A stretch of DNA of 64,000 bases from positions 3,283 through 67,282 of the forward strand of contig CAVTKL010000008.1 of NCBI GenBank assembly GCA_963735345.1. Direction: 5' to 3'. The notes under the pieces were generated by a model. The model was not told where the DNA came from and made no database searches. It worked only from the letters and a program-made list of their open reading frames with translations. This document shows positions 1-9,028 of this stretch, piece after piece (position 1 is the first letter of the stretch; every line of letters starts with the position of its first letter). Source of the DNA: an uncultured Thermoleophilia bacterium (GTDB taxonomy: Bacteria; Actinomycetota; Thermoleophilia; UBA2241). Position numbers and translations under genes: made by a program.

Positions 1-1724
1 AGGGCATGCTGGGCGTTGGACAGTAGGTTGGCGAGGACCTGCACCATCTGGTCGGCGTCCAGCTCCACGGTGGGATCCGCGAGGCGGTCGTCGAGGCGCA
101 GCGTGACACCGTCGTCGACGAGCACTGTCTGCAGGACGTCACGTACGACGACGTGCAGATCCACAGGCTGACGCACGACCCTGGTCTGGCGAGCGAAGTT
201 CAGCAGTCCGCTGATGATCTTCTTGCAGCGGTTCGCCTGGTCGACGATGAGCCGCAGATCGTCCTGCGCCGCCGGATCGTCGCCGGCGCATTCCTCGAGC
301 AGCAGGTTGGCGTGCAAGAGCAGGATGCCGAGCGGATTGTTGACCTCGTGGGCGATGCCCGCGGCGAGCTGCCCCATGCTCGCCAGCTTCTCGCTCTTCA
401 CCAGCGCCTCGCGCGTGCTGTCGAGGGAGCGATGCGATTCCTGGAGCTCGTTGACCGTGCGGCGCAGTTCCTCCACGGTGTACGGGAGACACATCTCGAT
501 CTCGGCCACGCCCTGCCAGATCGCGACGGCATGGTCGCGGCACGTCTCGTAGCCGCAGGCGCCACAGTCGAGCTCGTCCGCGGCGTCCCGCTTGTTCATG
601 CGCGCCAGGACCGTGACGACCTCCTCCGGTGTCGGCATATCGTCAAAGCGCTGGTCGGACGGCGCGAACGAGCGCGAGAGGTCGAGCGATGCATACTGCG
701 CCATCGCGGCGTGCCACGCCGCCTCGTCGCGCGCCTTGTGACGGGCGCGCGTCTCGCGGCTGACGTCGGAGCGACGTTTGAAGACGGGCTCATCACGGCT
801 GAAGCCCGCGCCCATGATGCAGCCCTGGCAGCAGAGGATGTCGAGCAGTCGCGCCTCGGTCTCGCCGTGTTCGAATTCCATGATGGCGTCGACCAGATTG
901 GCGCGCCCGTCGGCACTGACGACGTCGCCGCTGAGAAGATCCTCGGTCAGACCCGCCGCCTGGAGCATGCCGCGCGTGATGGGGAAGAGCGCCCCGAGGC
1001 CGCTGTGCGGCGCGTCGAAATCGTCGCCGGGTGACCCGGCGAGCGCGATGCCGCGCCGCTCCAGCATGGCGCGCAGTTCCACGTAGGTGAGGGCGGCGTC
1101 GACCTCAGACTGGAGGCGCCCGTCGTCGGCCTCGCCCTTCTTGGCGATGCAGGGTCCGACGAAGACCACCCTGGTGTCCGGCCCATACCTGTGCTGCAGT
1201 ACCCGCGCCGTGGCGAGCATCGGCGAGACGATGGGCGCCAGATGGTCGAGAAGGTCAGGGTGGTACTTGCGCACGTAGTTCACGACCGCCGGGCAGGTGG
1301 TGGCGATGAAGCGCCCGGTGTCCTGTTCGTCCAGGAGGCGAGCGTAGCGTGCCGCCACCAGATCGGCGCCGAAGCCCACCTCATGGACGTACGTGAAGCC
1401 GAGGGCGCGCAGCGCCGCGACCAGCCCGGAGGTCGCGCACTCCGTGAACTCGGCGGGGTAGCTCGGGGCGACGATGGCGGCGACCGGCGCGGAGCCGCTC
1501 AGAAGGATCTCCGTGGCCTCGACGCCGCTCGCCACGAGTTTCGCCTGCTGACTGCAGACGGTGACGCAGTTGCCGCAGCCGATGCAGCGCGCCTGGATGA
1601 CGCTCGCCTGACCGTCGAGGATCTGGATGGCCTTGGCGGGACACTCGCGCACACAGGTGTAGCAGGCGCGACAGCGCTCGCGGATGGTGGTGACGAGCGG
1701 GGCGGAGGATGTGGCGTCCGGCAT
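1..1724 (-). CDS. Sensor histidine kinase with N-terminal 2x[4Fe-4S] ferredoxin and [FeFe]-hydrogenase-like domain; C-terminus runs off the left edge
   Basis: My own minus-strand translation from ATG at 1724..1722: MPDATSSAPLVTTIRERCRACYTCVRECP...CIGCGNCVTVC (two ferredoxin Cys motifs). Hydrogenase-like motifs follow: ATTCPAVV, VGPCIAKKGE, CCQGCIMG. Then CGACGYETC (PF04060-type Fe-S motif) and HisKA H-box GIAHEVNNPLG. Absent from the ORF track because there is no stop inside the window. Confidence 0.85.
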   Translation of the reverse strand, partial: MPDATSSAPLVTTIRERCRACYTCVRECPAKAIQILDGQASVIQARCIGCGNCVTVCSQQAKLVASGVEATEILLSGSAPVAAIVAPSYPAEFTECATSGLVAALRALGFTYVHEVGFGADLVAARYARLLDEQDTGRFIATTCPAVVNYVRKYHPDLLDHLAPIVSPMLATARVLQHRYGPDTRVVFVGPCIAKKGEADDGRLQSEVDAALTYVELRAMLERRGIALAGSPGDDFDAPHSGLGALFPITRGMLQAAGLTEDLLSGDVVSADGRANLVDAIMEFEHGETEARLLDILCCQGCIMGAGFSRDEPVFKRRSDVSRETRARHKARDEAAWHAAMAQYASLDLSRSFAPSDQRFDDMPTPEEVVTVLARMNKRDAADELDCGACGYETCRDHAVAIWQGVAEIEMCLPYTVEELRRTVNELQESHRSLDSTREALVKSEKLASMGQLAAGIAHEVNNPLGILLLHANLLLEECAGDDPAAQDDLRLIVDQANRCKKIISGLLNFARQTRVVRQPVDLHVVVRDVLQTVLVDDGVTLRLDDRLADPTVELDADQMVQVLANLLSNAQHA

Positions 1725-1882
1725 CGTGCGTTCTCAGGTGGTCTGCTGCGGATAGGCCGCCGAAGTCATGCTTGGAGTATAGCCCCTTCACAGAGGGCCG
1801 GCCTCCGCATCTTTGCTAGAGTTGCGGTGCTGCGCAGCCAAATACCCAAGGACCCATACGGTCTTCTCTGGAGGTCTCTCGC

Positions 1883-3157
1883 ATGGTGGACAAACCGGCG
1901 ATCAACAGGCACCTGCCGCATTTCCTGAACCCGCTCACGCCGCTCACGATCGATCACGCCGAAGGCAGCTGGGTCTACGGCGTCGACGGCAGCAAATGGC
2001 TCGACTTCGTCGTCGGCATCGCCGTCGTGGGTACGGGTCACTGCCATCCGCGGGTCGTGCGGGCGGTGCAGGACCAGGCGGCGATCTGCGCGCACGCCCA
2101 GACCGGCATCTACCGCCACCAGCCCATGCTCGATCTCAGCGCGAGGATCGCCGGCCTGCTGCCGGATCCCATCGACGAGATCATGTACATGAACTCCGGC
2201 GCCGAGGCCGTCGAGAACGCCGTGAAGCTCGCCAAGCAGGCGACGCGGCGCCCGGGAGTCATCGCCTTCCAGGGCGCTTTCCATGGTCGCACGCACCTGG
2301 CGATGGCCATGACCGACTCCGCCGTCCACTACCGTGGTCACTGCGAGCCGCTCGTGGGCAGCGTCTATCATGCGCGCTACTGCTACCCGTTCCGCACTCC
2401 CTCAGGCGAAGACCCCACGGCATACGCGATCGACGACCTTCGCCGCGTCCTGCGCGCCGAGATCTACCCCGACGACGTCGCGTGCATCGTGGTGGAGCCG
2501 ATCCAGGGGGAGGGCGGCTTCATCGTGCCGACCGCCGAGTTCATGCGGGAGTTGCGCGCCGTCGCCGACGAGATCGGCGCGCTGCTCGTCCTCGACGAGA
2601 TCCAGGCGGGCGTGGGACGCACGGGCAAGTGGTTCGGCTTCGAACACTACGGGATCGTCCCCGACATCGTGACCATCGCCAAGGGCATCGCCTCGGGGTA
2701 TCCACTGTCGGCGATCGCCGCGCGGCGGGAGCTGTGGGACAAGTGCCTGCCCGGCTCGATGGGCGGCACCTACGGCGGCAACGCCGTCGCCTGTGCCGCC
2801 GCCATCGCGACCTTGGATGTCATGGAACAGGAGGGTCTCCCGGCCAACGCCGCCGATCAAGGCGCCAAGCTCCTCGACTTCTTCCGGGCGAAGCAGGCGC
2901 GGTACCCCGGTGTCGGCGATGTGCGCGGCAAAGGCCTCATGTGCGCCATCGAGTGCGTACGCCCAGGGACGATCGAGCCCGACGCTGCAGCCGCCAAGGC
3001 GTTCATCGCCGAGGCCGCCAGGAGGAAGGTGATCCTCATGGGGGCGGGCGCCTTCGGCAACTGTGTGCGCTTCATCCCGGCGCTCAACATCGCCGACGAC
3101 GAGATGGATCTCGCGTTGTCCCTCTTCGACGAGTGCCTCGCGGCGGTGTACGCCTGA
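1883..3157 (+). CDS. Class-III PLP aminotransferase (4-aminobutyrate/omega-amino acid aminotransferase-like)
   Basis: 424-aa ORF. It has DFVVGIAVVGTGHCHP, EPIQGEGGF, LVLDEIQAGVGRTGKWF and PLP-lysine context TIAKGIASG. Confidence 0.9.
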   Translation: MVDKPAINRHLPHFLNPLTPLTIDHAEGSWVYGVDGSKWLDFVVGIAVVGTGHCHPRVVRAVQDQAAICAHAQTGIYRHQPMLDLSARIAGLLPDPIDEIMYMNSGAEAVENAVKLAKQATRRPGVIAFQGAFHGRTHLAMAMTDSAVHYRGHCEPLVGSVYHARYCYPFRTPSGEDPTAYAIDDLRRVLRAEIYPDDVACIVVEPIQGEGGFIVPTAEFMRELRAVADEIGALLVLDEIQAGVGRTGKWFGFEHYGIVPDIVTIAKGIASGYPLSAIAARRELWDKCLPGSMGGTYGGNAVACAAAIATLDVMEQEGLPANAADQGAKLLDFFRAKQARYPGVGDVRGKGLMCAIECVRPGTIEPDAAAAKAFIAEAARRKVILMGAGAFGNCVRFIPALNIADDEMDLALSLFDECLAAVYA

Positions 3158-3224
3158 ACCGGCGGACGGCGGGCGCGGCCGTCGCCTCAGAGACGGGCTC
3201 AGAGCCGTGCTAGACTCCGGGACG

Positions 3225-3695
3225 ATGAGCAGCCCCCAGTCATCGCCGACCGAGCTTGCGCAGGCCGCATCGCCGCCGCGGTTCACGACGCGGCTGCGCG
3301 TGCGCTACGCGGAGACCGACGCCGCCGGCGTCGTCTACCACGCCAACTACCTGGTGTACTTCGAGGTGGCGCGCGTCGAGTTGCTGCGATCCCTCGGCCT
3401 GCCGATCACCGAGGTCGAGTCTCGCGGCCTCGTGCTGCCGGTCGTGGAGGCGCGCCTCAAGTACCTGCGTCCGGCGCGCCTGGACGACCTCCTCGAGGTC
3501 TCGTTGAGCGTCCAGTCAGTCGGGCCGGCTTCCTTCACGTGTGCCTACGAGATCGCGCGCGACGGTCTCTTGCTGGCCTCCGGGTGGACGCGCCTCGCCG
3601 TGTGCGAGCGCGAATCAGGGCGTTGCACACCCATGCCGCCGTGGTTGCGGGAGTTGTTCGGCCGGATGCCCACATCCGCCGCGGAGCCCGCATGA
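3225..3695 (+). CDS. YbgC/4HBT-family acyl-CoA thioesterase
   Basis: Internal ATG (aa 55 of ORF 3063..3695). Hot-dog thioesterase motif RVRYAETDAAGVVYHANYLVYFEVARVE. Stop overlaps the next start (ATGA at 3692). Confidence 0.85.
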   Translation: MSSPQSSPTELAQAASPPRFTTRLRVRYAETDAAGVVYHANYLVYFEVARVELLRSLGLPITEVESRGLVLPVVEARLKYLRPARLDDLLEVSLSVQSVGPASFTCAYEIARDGLLLASGWTRLAVCERESGRCTPMPPWLRELFGRMPTSAAEPA

Positions 3696-4663
3696 GCCAG
3701 CCTCCACAGCCCGGGGGCCAGGGCATGCCCCCCGACTTCGAGCCCGGCATGCCCGACGATCTCGACGTGCGGCGCTGCTATCGCCACCCGGATCGCGAGA
3801 CCGGCGTGGCGTGCTCCAACTGTGGCCGCCCCATCTGCCACGAGTGCATGATCGTGGCGCCGGTCGGCTTCCGCTGCCCCGAGTGCGTCAAGGAGCAGAA
3901 CGCCGGCGGATCGCGCGCCAAGGTCGTGACCCGCGCCCAGATCCGCTCCGGTTGGGGATCGGCCGGCGGCAGCATGATGTCGGGCGCTCCCGTGACGCGC
4001 GTCCTCATCGGCATCAATCTCGCCGTGTTCGTGATCGAGATGGCTCTGGGGGCGGTTGGCCTCATGAGTGGCGGCTCCACCGACGCTCTGGTCTCGATGG
4101 GCGCCCTGGTTCCCGGCTATGTGTCCGCCAACGGCGAGTACTGGCGTCTGGTCACGGCGATGTTCCTGCACGGCGGGCTGCTGCATATCGCCTTCAACAT
4201 GTATGCCCTGTACATCGGCGGGTCGTTCCTCGAGACGATCTCGAGCCGCGGCAAGTACATCGCCATCTATCTGGTCGCGGGGTTCACGGGCAACGTCGCC
4301 GTCCTTGTTCTGGCGCCGGCGTTCTCAGTGACGATCGGCGCCTCGACGGCGATCTTCGGCATCTTCGGCGCCCTGTTCGTCTACAGCCTGCATCATCGCG
4401 ACACCGCTGTCGGCCGTGCGCTGCGGAGCATGGGCACGCTGATCCTCATCAATCTGGCGTTCACCTTCCTCGTGCCGGGCATCTCCTGGCAGGGGCACAT
4501 CGGCGGCCTCATCGGCGGCGTGGCGGCGCTGGAGGCTGTCACATGGTTCGGGCAGCGCGACCTGCGCGCGCCGATCGGTCTCCGCGACGCGGCGCTGCTG
4601 GCCGGTGTCGCCGCGGCGCTGGTGGTCATCGTCGGGTGGAGCACGGCGGCCTTCGCCGCCTGA
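3692..4663 (+). CDS. Rhomboid-family intramembrane serine protease with N-terminal zinc ribbon
   Basis: ATG at aa 52 of ORF 3539..4663. Zinc ribbon CSNCGRPICHEC...CPEC, multiple TM segments, catalytic motifs GASTAIFG and GHIGGLIGG. Confidence 0.88.
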   Translation: MSQPPQPGGQGMPPDFEPGMPDDLDVRRCYRHPDRETGVACSNCGRPICHECMIVAPVGFRCPECVKEQNAGGSRAKVVTRAQIRSGWGSAGGSMMSGAPVTRVLIGINLAVFVIEMALGAVGLMSGGSTDALVSMGALVPGYVSANGEYWRLVTAMFLHGGLLHIAFNMYALYIGGSFLETISSRGKYIAIYLVAGFTGNVAVLVLAPAFSVTIGASTAIFGIFGALFVYSLHHRDTAVGRALRSMGTLILINLAFTFLVPGISWQGHIGGLIGGVAALEAVTWFGQRDLRAPIGLRDAALLAGVAAALVVIVGWSTAAFAA

Positions 4664-4677
4664 CCCGCGCGGGCGAT

Positions 4678-5472
4678 GTGGAACAGCTGACCCGCGACGT
4701 CTGGCTGCATCGTGTCGACGCCGAGGGCTTTCCCACGGTCGGCGCCGTCGTTCTCACCCGGCGCCGGGCCTTCGTCATCGATACGCTGACGCGGCCCACC
4801 GACATGACGCCGGTGCTGGCGCTGCTGCGGGACGAGGGTCCCGGCCGCCGCCCTCTGGTCGTGAACACCCACCACCATTGGGACCATGTCTATGGGAACG
4901 CGGCCTTTGCGGGCGAGGAGATCATCGCCCATGAGTCGTGTCCACGGCTCCTGGCGGCCCAGCTCGGCGGGACCGGCGAGCCGGCGCCGTCGCCGCCCGC
5001 CGAGGGCGTGCCGTTGCCGTGTCTCACGTTCGCCGACCACCTCGTCTCTGCGGATGGGCGCGAAGTGGTCCGACTGATCCACGCGCCGGGGCACAGCGAG
5101 GACTCCGTCGTCGTTCTGCTTAAGGATGCGCGCATCCTCTTCGCCGGAGACGCCTTGGAGTGGCCGTTGCCCAGTCTGGGACGGCATGGCCACGCGGCTC
5201 TCTGGATCCGCAGCATCCGCATGTTGCGCGAACTCGACGCCGGACTCATCGTGCCCAGCCATGGACCGGCGATGGGGACGGAGTTGCTCGATGCCAACGA
5301 GCGGTACTTGACGGGCCTCGTCGCGGCGGTCTCCGCCGCGAAGCGGGCCGCCGTCCAGCGGCGCGATCTCGACCTTCCGGTGACGCGCTTCATCGCCCCC
5401 GAGGTCGAGATCGGCGTGCTCTACCACGAGGTCCACGCCGCCAACGTCATCCGCGTCTGGGAGGACGTCTGA
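4678..5472 (+). CDS. MBL-fold metallo-hydrolase
   Basis: Only the last ~264 codons of the 643-aa ORF 3541..5472 look coding. GTG at 4678 follows the rhomboid stop. Motifs VNTHHHWDHVYGN and HAPGHSEDS. Start uncertain. Confidence 0.75.
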   Translation: MEQLTRDVWLHRVDAEGFPTVGAVVLTRRRAFVIDTLTRPTDMTPVLALLRDEGPGRRPLVVNTHHHWDHVYGNAAFAGEEIIAHESCPRLLAAQLGGTGEPAPSPPAEGVPLPCLTFADHLVSADGREVVRLIHAPGHSEDSVVVLLKDARILFAGDALEWPLPSLGRHGHAALWIRSIRMLRELDAGLIVPSHGPAMGTELLDANERYLTGLVAAVSAAKRAAVQRRDLDLPVTRFIAPEVEIGVLYHEVHAANVIRVWEDV

Positions 5473-5523
5473 GCGTGGCGCGTCAAAGTGGACATTCTTC
5501 GCCACTTGGTGTACAAAGCATCC

Positions 5524-5970
5524 ATGAAGCTCTCGACGCAAGCTGACTACGCCGTGCGCGCCGTCTACGAGCTCGCTCGGCGCGAACCGGGTTCCGTGGT
5601 GCACACGGACGCCATCGCCGGCGCCCAGCGCATCCCGATGGCGCGGCTTGCGAAGGTGGTCCAGGATCTTGCTCGGGCCGGTCTCGTGCGGACGCTGCGT
5701 GGCCGGCAGGGCGGGGTCGTCCTGGCGCGACCTGCGGACGACATCACGGTGCGTGATGTCTACGAGGCAGTGGAGGGCCCCATCCTGATGTGCCGCTGTC
5801 GGCAGCGGGCAGAGCCCTGTGGTGAGCAGGTCTGCGACACCCATGCCTTCTGGAATGGCGTGGAGACGCTTCTGAACGAGGAACTCGAGACCATGACGTT
5901 CGCGGCCCTGGCCGACTCGAGGCGCTCCGCGCCCGGCTCAGGCCCCCGCTTTCATGCGACGAGGAGGTGA
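5524..5970 (+). CDS. Rrf2-family transcriptional regulator with three-Cys cluster-ligand motif
   Basis: MKLSTQADYAVRAVYELA (Rrf2 N-terminal wHTH) and Cys-rich CRCRQRAEPCGEQVCD. Start taken at aa 13 of ORF 5488..5970. Confidence 0.88.
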   Translation: MKLSTQADYAVRAVYELARREPGSVVHTDAIAGAQRIPMARLAKVVQDLARAGLVRTLRGRQGGVVLARPADDITVRDVYEAVEGPILMCRCRQRAEPCGEQVCDTHAFWNGVETLLNEELETMTFAALADSRRSAPGSGPRFHATRR

Positions 5971-5975
5971 AAGAT

Positions 5976-6206
5976 ATGACTGAGCTCAAGGAACAGGTCG
6001 AGAAAGCCCTCGACGATATCCGTCCGGCGCTGCAGGCGGACGGTGGAGACATCGAGTTCGTCGACTGTGTCGACGGCGTCGTGCAGGTGCGCCTCCAAGG
6101 CGCCTGTGCCGGCTGCCCGATGTCCCAGATGACCCTGACCAACGGCGTCGAGCGGCACCTCAAGAACGTGGTGCCGGGTGTCGAGCGCGTGGAGAACATG
6201 GCGTGA
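5976..6206 (+). CDS. NifU C-terminal domain (Nfu-type) Fe-S scaffold/carrier protein
   Basis: IRPALQADGGDIEFV...GACAGCPMSQMTL (CxxC of Nfu). RBS GAGGAGG at 5961..5967 favours ATG 5976 over GTG 5967. Confidence 0.88.
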   Translation: MTELKEQVEKALDDIRPALQADGGDIEFVDCVDGVVQVRLQGACAGCPMSQMTLTNGVERHLKNVVPGVERVENMA

Positions 6207-6217
6207 TCGACGGACCA

Positions 6218-6274
6218 GGGGCCAGAGCCCCGGATGGGCGGCGTTCGGCGCCGCCCATCCGGGGCTCTGGCCCC
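6218..6274 (+). terminator. Perfect 26-bp inverted repeat (GGGGCCAGAGCCCCGGATGGGCGGCG / 5-nt loop / reverse complement) just after the nfu stop
   Basis: Arms 6218..6243 and 6249..6274 are exact reverse complements. There is no T-tract, which is common in high-GC genomes. Confidence 0.55.
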
Positions 6275-6361
6275 GTTCGTAGGGCAGGACGTATACTTCC
6301 TCTTAGAGGCGAGCCCGACCGCGGCGATGATCGGGCGCTTGGGGATGAGAGGAGACGACCT

Positions 6362-8536
6362 ATGCCAGACCCGGACGATGGTGCGGCCGACGAGAGACCC
6401 GGTGCGGAACCTTCCGGGGCCGTCGCCTCCATGAGCGTGTGCGACGAGACCCCCATCGAGGACCTGCCGGACGCCTTGCTCTACATCAATCGTGAGCTCA
6501 GCCTCCTCGACTTCTTCGAACGGGTGCTCGACGAGGCGCGCGACCGTACGAACCCTCTCCTCGAGCGCCTGAAGTTCATCGGCATCGCGCAGTCGGTGCT
6601 CGGCGAGTTCTTCATGGTGCGCATGGCCGGCCTGCGCCAGCAAGTGGACGCCGGCGTCACCGAGGCCGTGGACGGCTTCACGCCGCAGCAGCTCCTGCCC
6701 GTGGTGCGGGAGCGCGCCCTGGGCCAGATGAGGGCGGCACGACAGGCCTTCAGTCTCCTGCTGCCCGAGCTGGAGGCTGCCGGCATCCACATCGCGAACT
6801 ACGGCGATCTCACCGAGACGCAGCATGCCGCGCTTCGGACGTACTACGAGACCAGGGTCTTCCCGGTCCTCACGCCGCTCGCCTTCGATCCCGGCCGGCC
6901 GTTCCCGCACATCTCGAACATGAGCCACAACCTCGCCGTGGTCGTCCGCGACCAGTCTGGCGAGGAGCACTTCGCGCGCGTCAAGGTGCCGACATCGCTG
7001 CCGCGCCTCGTGGTCGTGCCTCCCGGTGACGAGGACGATGGGCACTGGTTCACGTGGTTGGAACAGCTCATCGCCGCCCACCTCGACTCGCTGTTTCCCG
7101 GCATGGAAGTGGTCGAGTCGAGCCCCTTCCGGGTGACGCGCGACGCCGATCTCACCATCCAGGAGGCCGAGGCCGACGATCTCCTCGAGACCATCGAGAG
7201 GTTCGTGCGCCGCCGTCGCTTCGGTTCGGTCATCCGCGTCACCACCGACCCGTCGATGCCGGAGCACACGCGGGAGATCCTCAAGGAGAACCTGGAGCTG
7301 GAGGACCACGATCTGTACACGGTCGAGTCGCCGCTTGGTCTGGGCAGTCTCTGGGACGTGGGGCGGGTCGATGCACCGGATCTCAAGTACCCGCCGCTCC
7401 TTCAAGCGGTCCCTGCCCCCCTGGACGATGCGGAAGGCGTGGATGTGTTCGCCGCCATCCGGCAACACGACATCCTGCTGCATCATCCCTACGATTCCTT
7501 CGATCCGGTGGTCGACTTCGTGTCCGCGGCCGCCCAGGATCCTGATGTCCTCGCCATCAAGACCACGCTGTACAGGGTGGGTCGCAACGCCCCCGTGGTC
7601 GACGCGCTCCTGGAGGCGGCCGGCAACGGCAAGCAGGTCGCGGCCCTCATCGAGCTCAAGGCCCGCTTCGACGAAGAGAGCAACATCGGCTGGGCGAAGT
7701 CGCTCGAGCAGGAGGGCGTGCACGTCATCTACGGACTCGTCGGCCTCAAGACCCATTCGAAGATCATGCTCGTCGTGCGCAACGAGGGTGATCGGGTCCG
7801 TCGCTACGTCCACTTGGGCACAGGCAACTACAACAGCGTCACGAGCAAGCAGTACACGGACCTCGGCTACCTGTCGTGCAACGAGGATCTGGGCGCCGAC
7901 GCCTCCGTCGTCTTCAACTCCCTGACCGGGTACGCCACGGGCAGCAGCTACCGCCAGTTCCTCGTCGCGCCTCACAGCATGAGGCGCGGGCTCGAGGAGC
8001 GCATCGACCGCGAGATCGCGTATGCGCGCCGTGGGGAAGAGGCCCACATCATCTTCAAGATGAACGCGCTCATCGACAAACCGCTGATCCGCAGGCTCTA
8101 CTGCGCCTCTCAGGCTGGAGTCAAAGTGGAGCTCATCGTGCGAGGGATGTGCTGCCTGCGGCCCGGTCTTCCCGGCATCAGCGACAACATCACGGAGCGC
8201 AGCATCGTCGGGCGCTTCCTTGAACACAGCCGCATCTACTGGTTCCGCAACGGTGGGGAGGACGAAGTCCTTCTCGGCAGCGCCGATCTCATGCCGCGCA
8301 ATCTCAACCGGCGCGTCGAGATCCTCTTCCCGGTGCCAGATCGCGGCATCGTGCGCCGTCTGCGCGATGAGATCCTCGCCACATACCTCGCCGACAACAT
8401 GAAGACGCGTGTGTTGAACCCCGAGGGCATCTGGGCGCATATCTGGCCCGCCGAGGGCGAAGAGCCGCTCAACAGCCAGGACTGGTTCGTGGCCCGCGCC
8501 CGCGAGGCGGCGCGCGGCAAGGAGGGGGTCACGTGA
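6362..8536 (+). CDS. ppk1: Polyphosphate kinase 1
   Basis: ORF 6203..8536. YINRELSLLDFFERVLDEA, LKFIGI, typical PPK1 middle and two PLD-like C-terminal domains (GTGNYN, HSKIMLV). ATG 6362 is preceded by GAGGAGA. Confidence 0.93.
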   Translation: MPDPDDGAADERPGAEPSGAVASMSVCDETPIEDLPDALLYINRELSLLDFFERVLDEARDRTNPLLERLKFIGIAQSVLGEFFMVRMAGLRQQVDAGVTEAVDGFTPQQLLPVVRERALGQMRAARQAFSLLLPELEAAGIHIANYGDLTETQHAALRTYYETRVFPVLTPLAFDPGRPFPHISNMSHNLAVVVRDQSGEEHFARVKVPTSLPRLVVVPPGDEDDGHWFTWLEQLIAAHLDSLFPGMEVVESSPFRVTRDADLTIQEAEADDLLETIERFVRRRRFGSVIRVTTDPSMPEHTREILKENLELEDHDLYTVESPLGLGSLWDVGRVDAPDLKYPPLLQAVPAPLDDAEGVDVFAAIRQHDILLHHPYDSFDPVVDFVSAAAQDPDVLAIKTTLYRVGRNAPVVDALLEAAGNGKQVAALIELKARFDEESNIGWAKSLEQEGVHVIYGLVGLKTHSKIMLVVRNEGDRVRRYVHLGTGNYNSVTSKQYTDLGYLSCNEDLGADASVVFNSLTGYATGSSYRQFLVAPHSMRRGLEERIDREIAYARRGEEAHIIFKMNALIDKPLIRRLYCASQAGVKVELIVRGMCCLRPGLPGISDNITERSIVGRFLEHSRIYWFRNGGEDEVLLGSADLMPRNLNRRVEILFPVPDRGIVRRLRDEILATYLADNMKTRVLNPEGIWAHIWPAEGEEPLNSQDWFVARAREAARGKEGVT

Positions 8537-9024
8537 TGAAGGTCTACTTCTTACGGCACGGCAAGTCCTCGGCACGGGCCGCATGGCGCGATGACGACGA
8601 CCTGCGACCGCTGACACCGGAGGGCGTGGACCTCATGCGGCGCGAGGCGGTCGGCATCCGCAAGCTGGGGATGGTCCCTGATGTCATCATCACGAGCCCT
8701 CTGGCGCGCGCCCGGCAGACCGCCGAGATCGTCGCCGCCGAGCTCGGCATGGGTGCCGCGCTCGTCGAGGACGAGCGGCTCGCCCACGGCTTCGACAGGG
8801 ATCGGCTGGTACAGATCATCGATGGGCACCCCGGCGTCGACAGCATCATGCTGGTCGGCCATGAGCCGGACTTCAGCGCGACCGCGGCGACCCTCTTGGG
8901 CGGCGGTCGTCTCCAGTTCAAGAAGGGCGGCCTGGCGCGCGTGGATATCGTCGAGAGGGTCGGTGACCTTGTCTACGGGGTCCTCGTCGCGCTGTTGACC
9001 CCAGACCAGCTGGGCAGGGTGTGA
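8536..9024 (+). CDS. sixA: SixA-like histidine phosphatase (phosphohistidine phosphatase family)
   Basis: MKVYFLRHGKS (RHG catalytic motif), SPLARARQTAEIV, LVGHEPD. Start overlaps the ppk1 stop. Confidence 0.8.
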   Translation: MKVYFLRHGKSSARAAWRDDDDLRPLTPEGVDLMRREAVGIRKLGMVPDVIITSPLARARQTAEIVAAELGMGAALVEDERLAHGFDRDRLVQIIDGHPGVDSIMLVGHEPDFSATAATLLGGGRLQFKKGGLARVDIVERVGDLVYGVLVALLTPDQLGRV

Positions 9025-9028
9025 ATCC

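Noticed and set aside
5744-8617. 957-aa minus-strand ORF, the longest in this region
   Set aside because: It is antisense to the clearly recognisable ppk1/sixA genes. Its product is Arg/Ala/Gly/Asp-rich with no motifs, which is typical of a high-GC shadow ORF.
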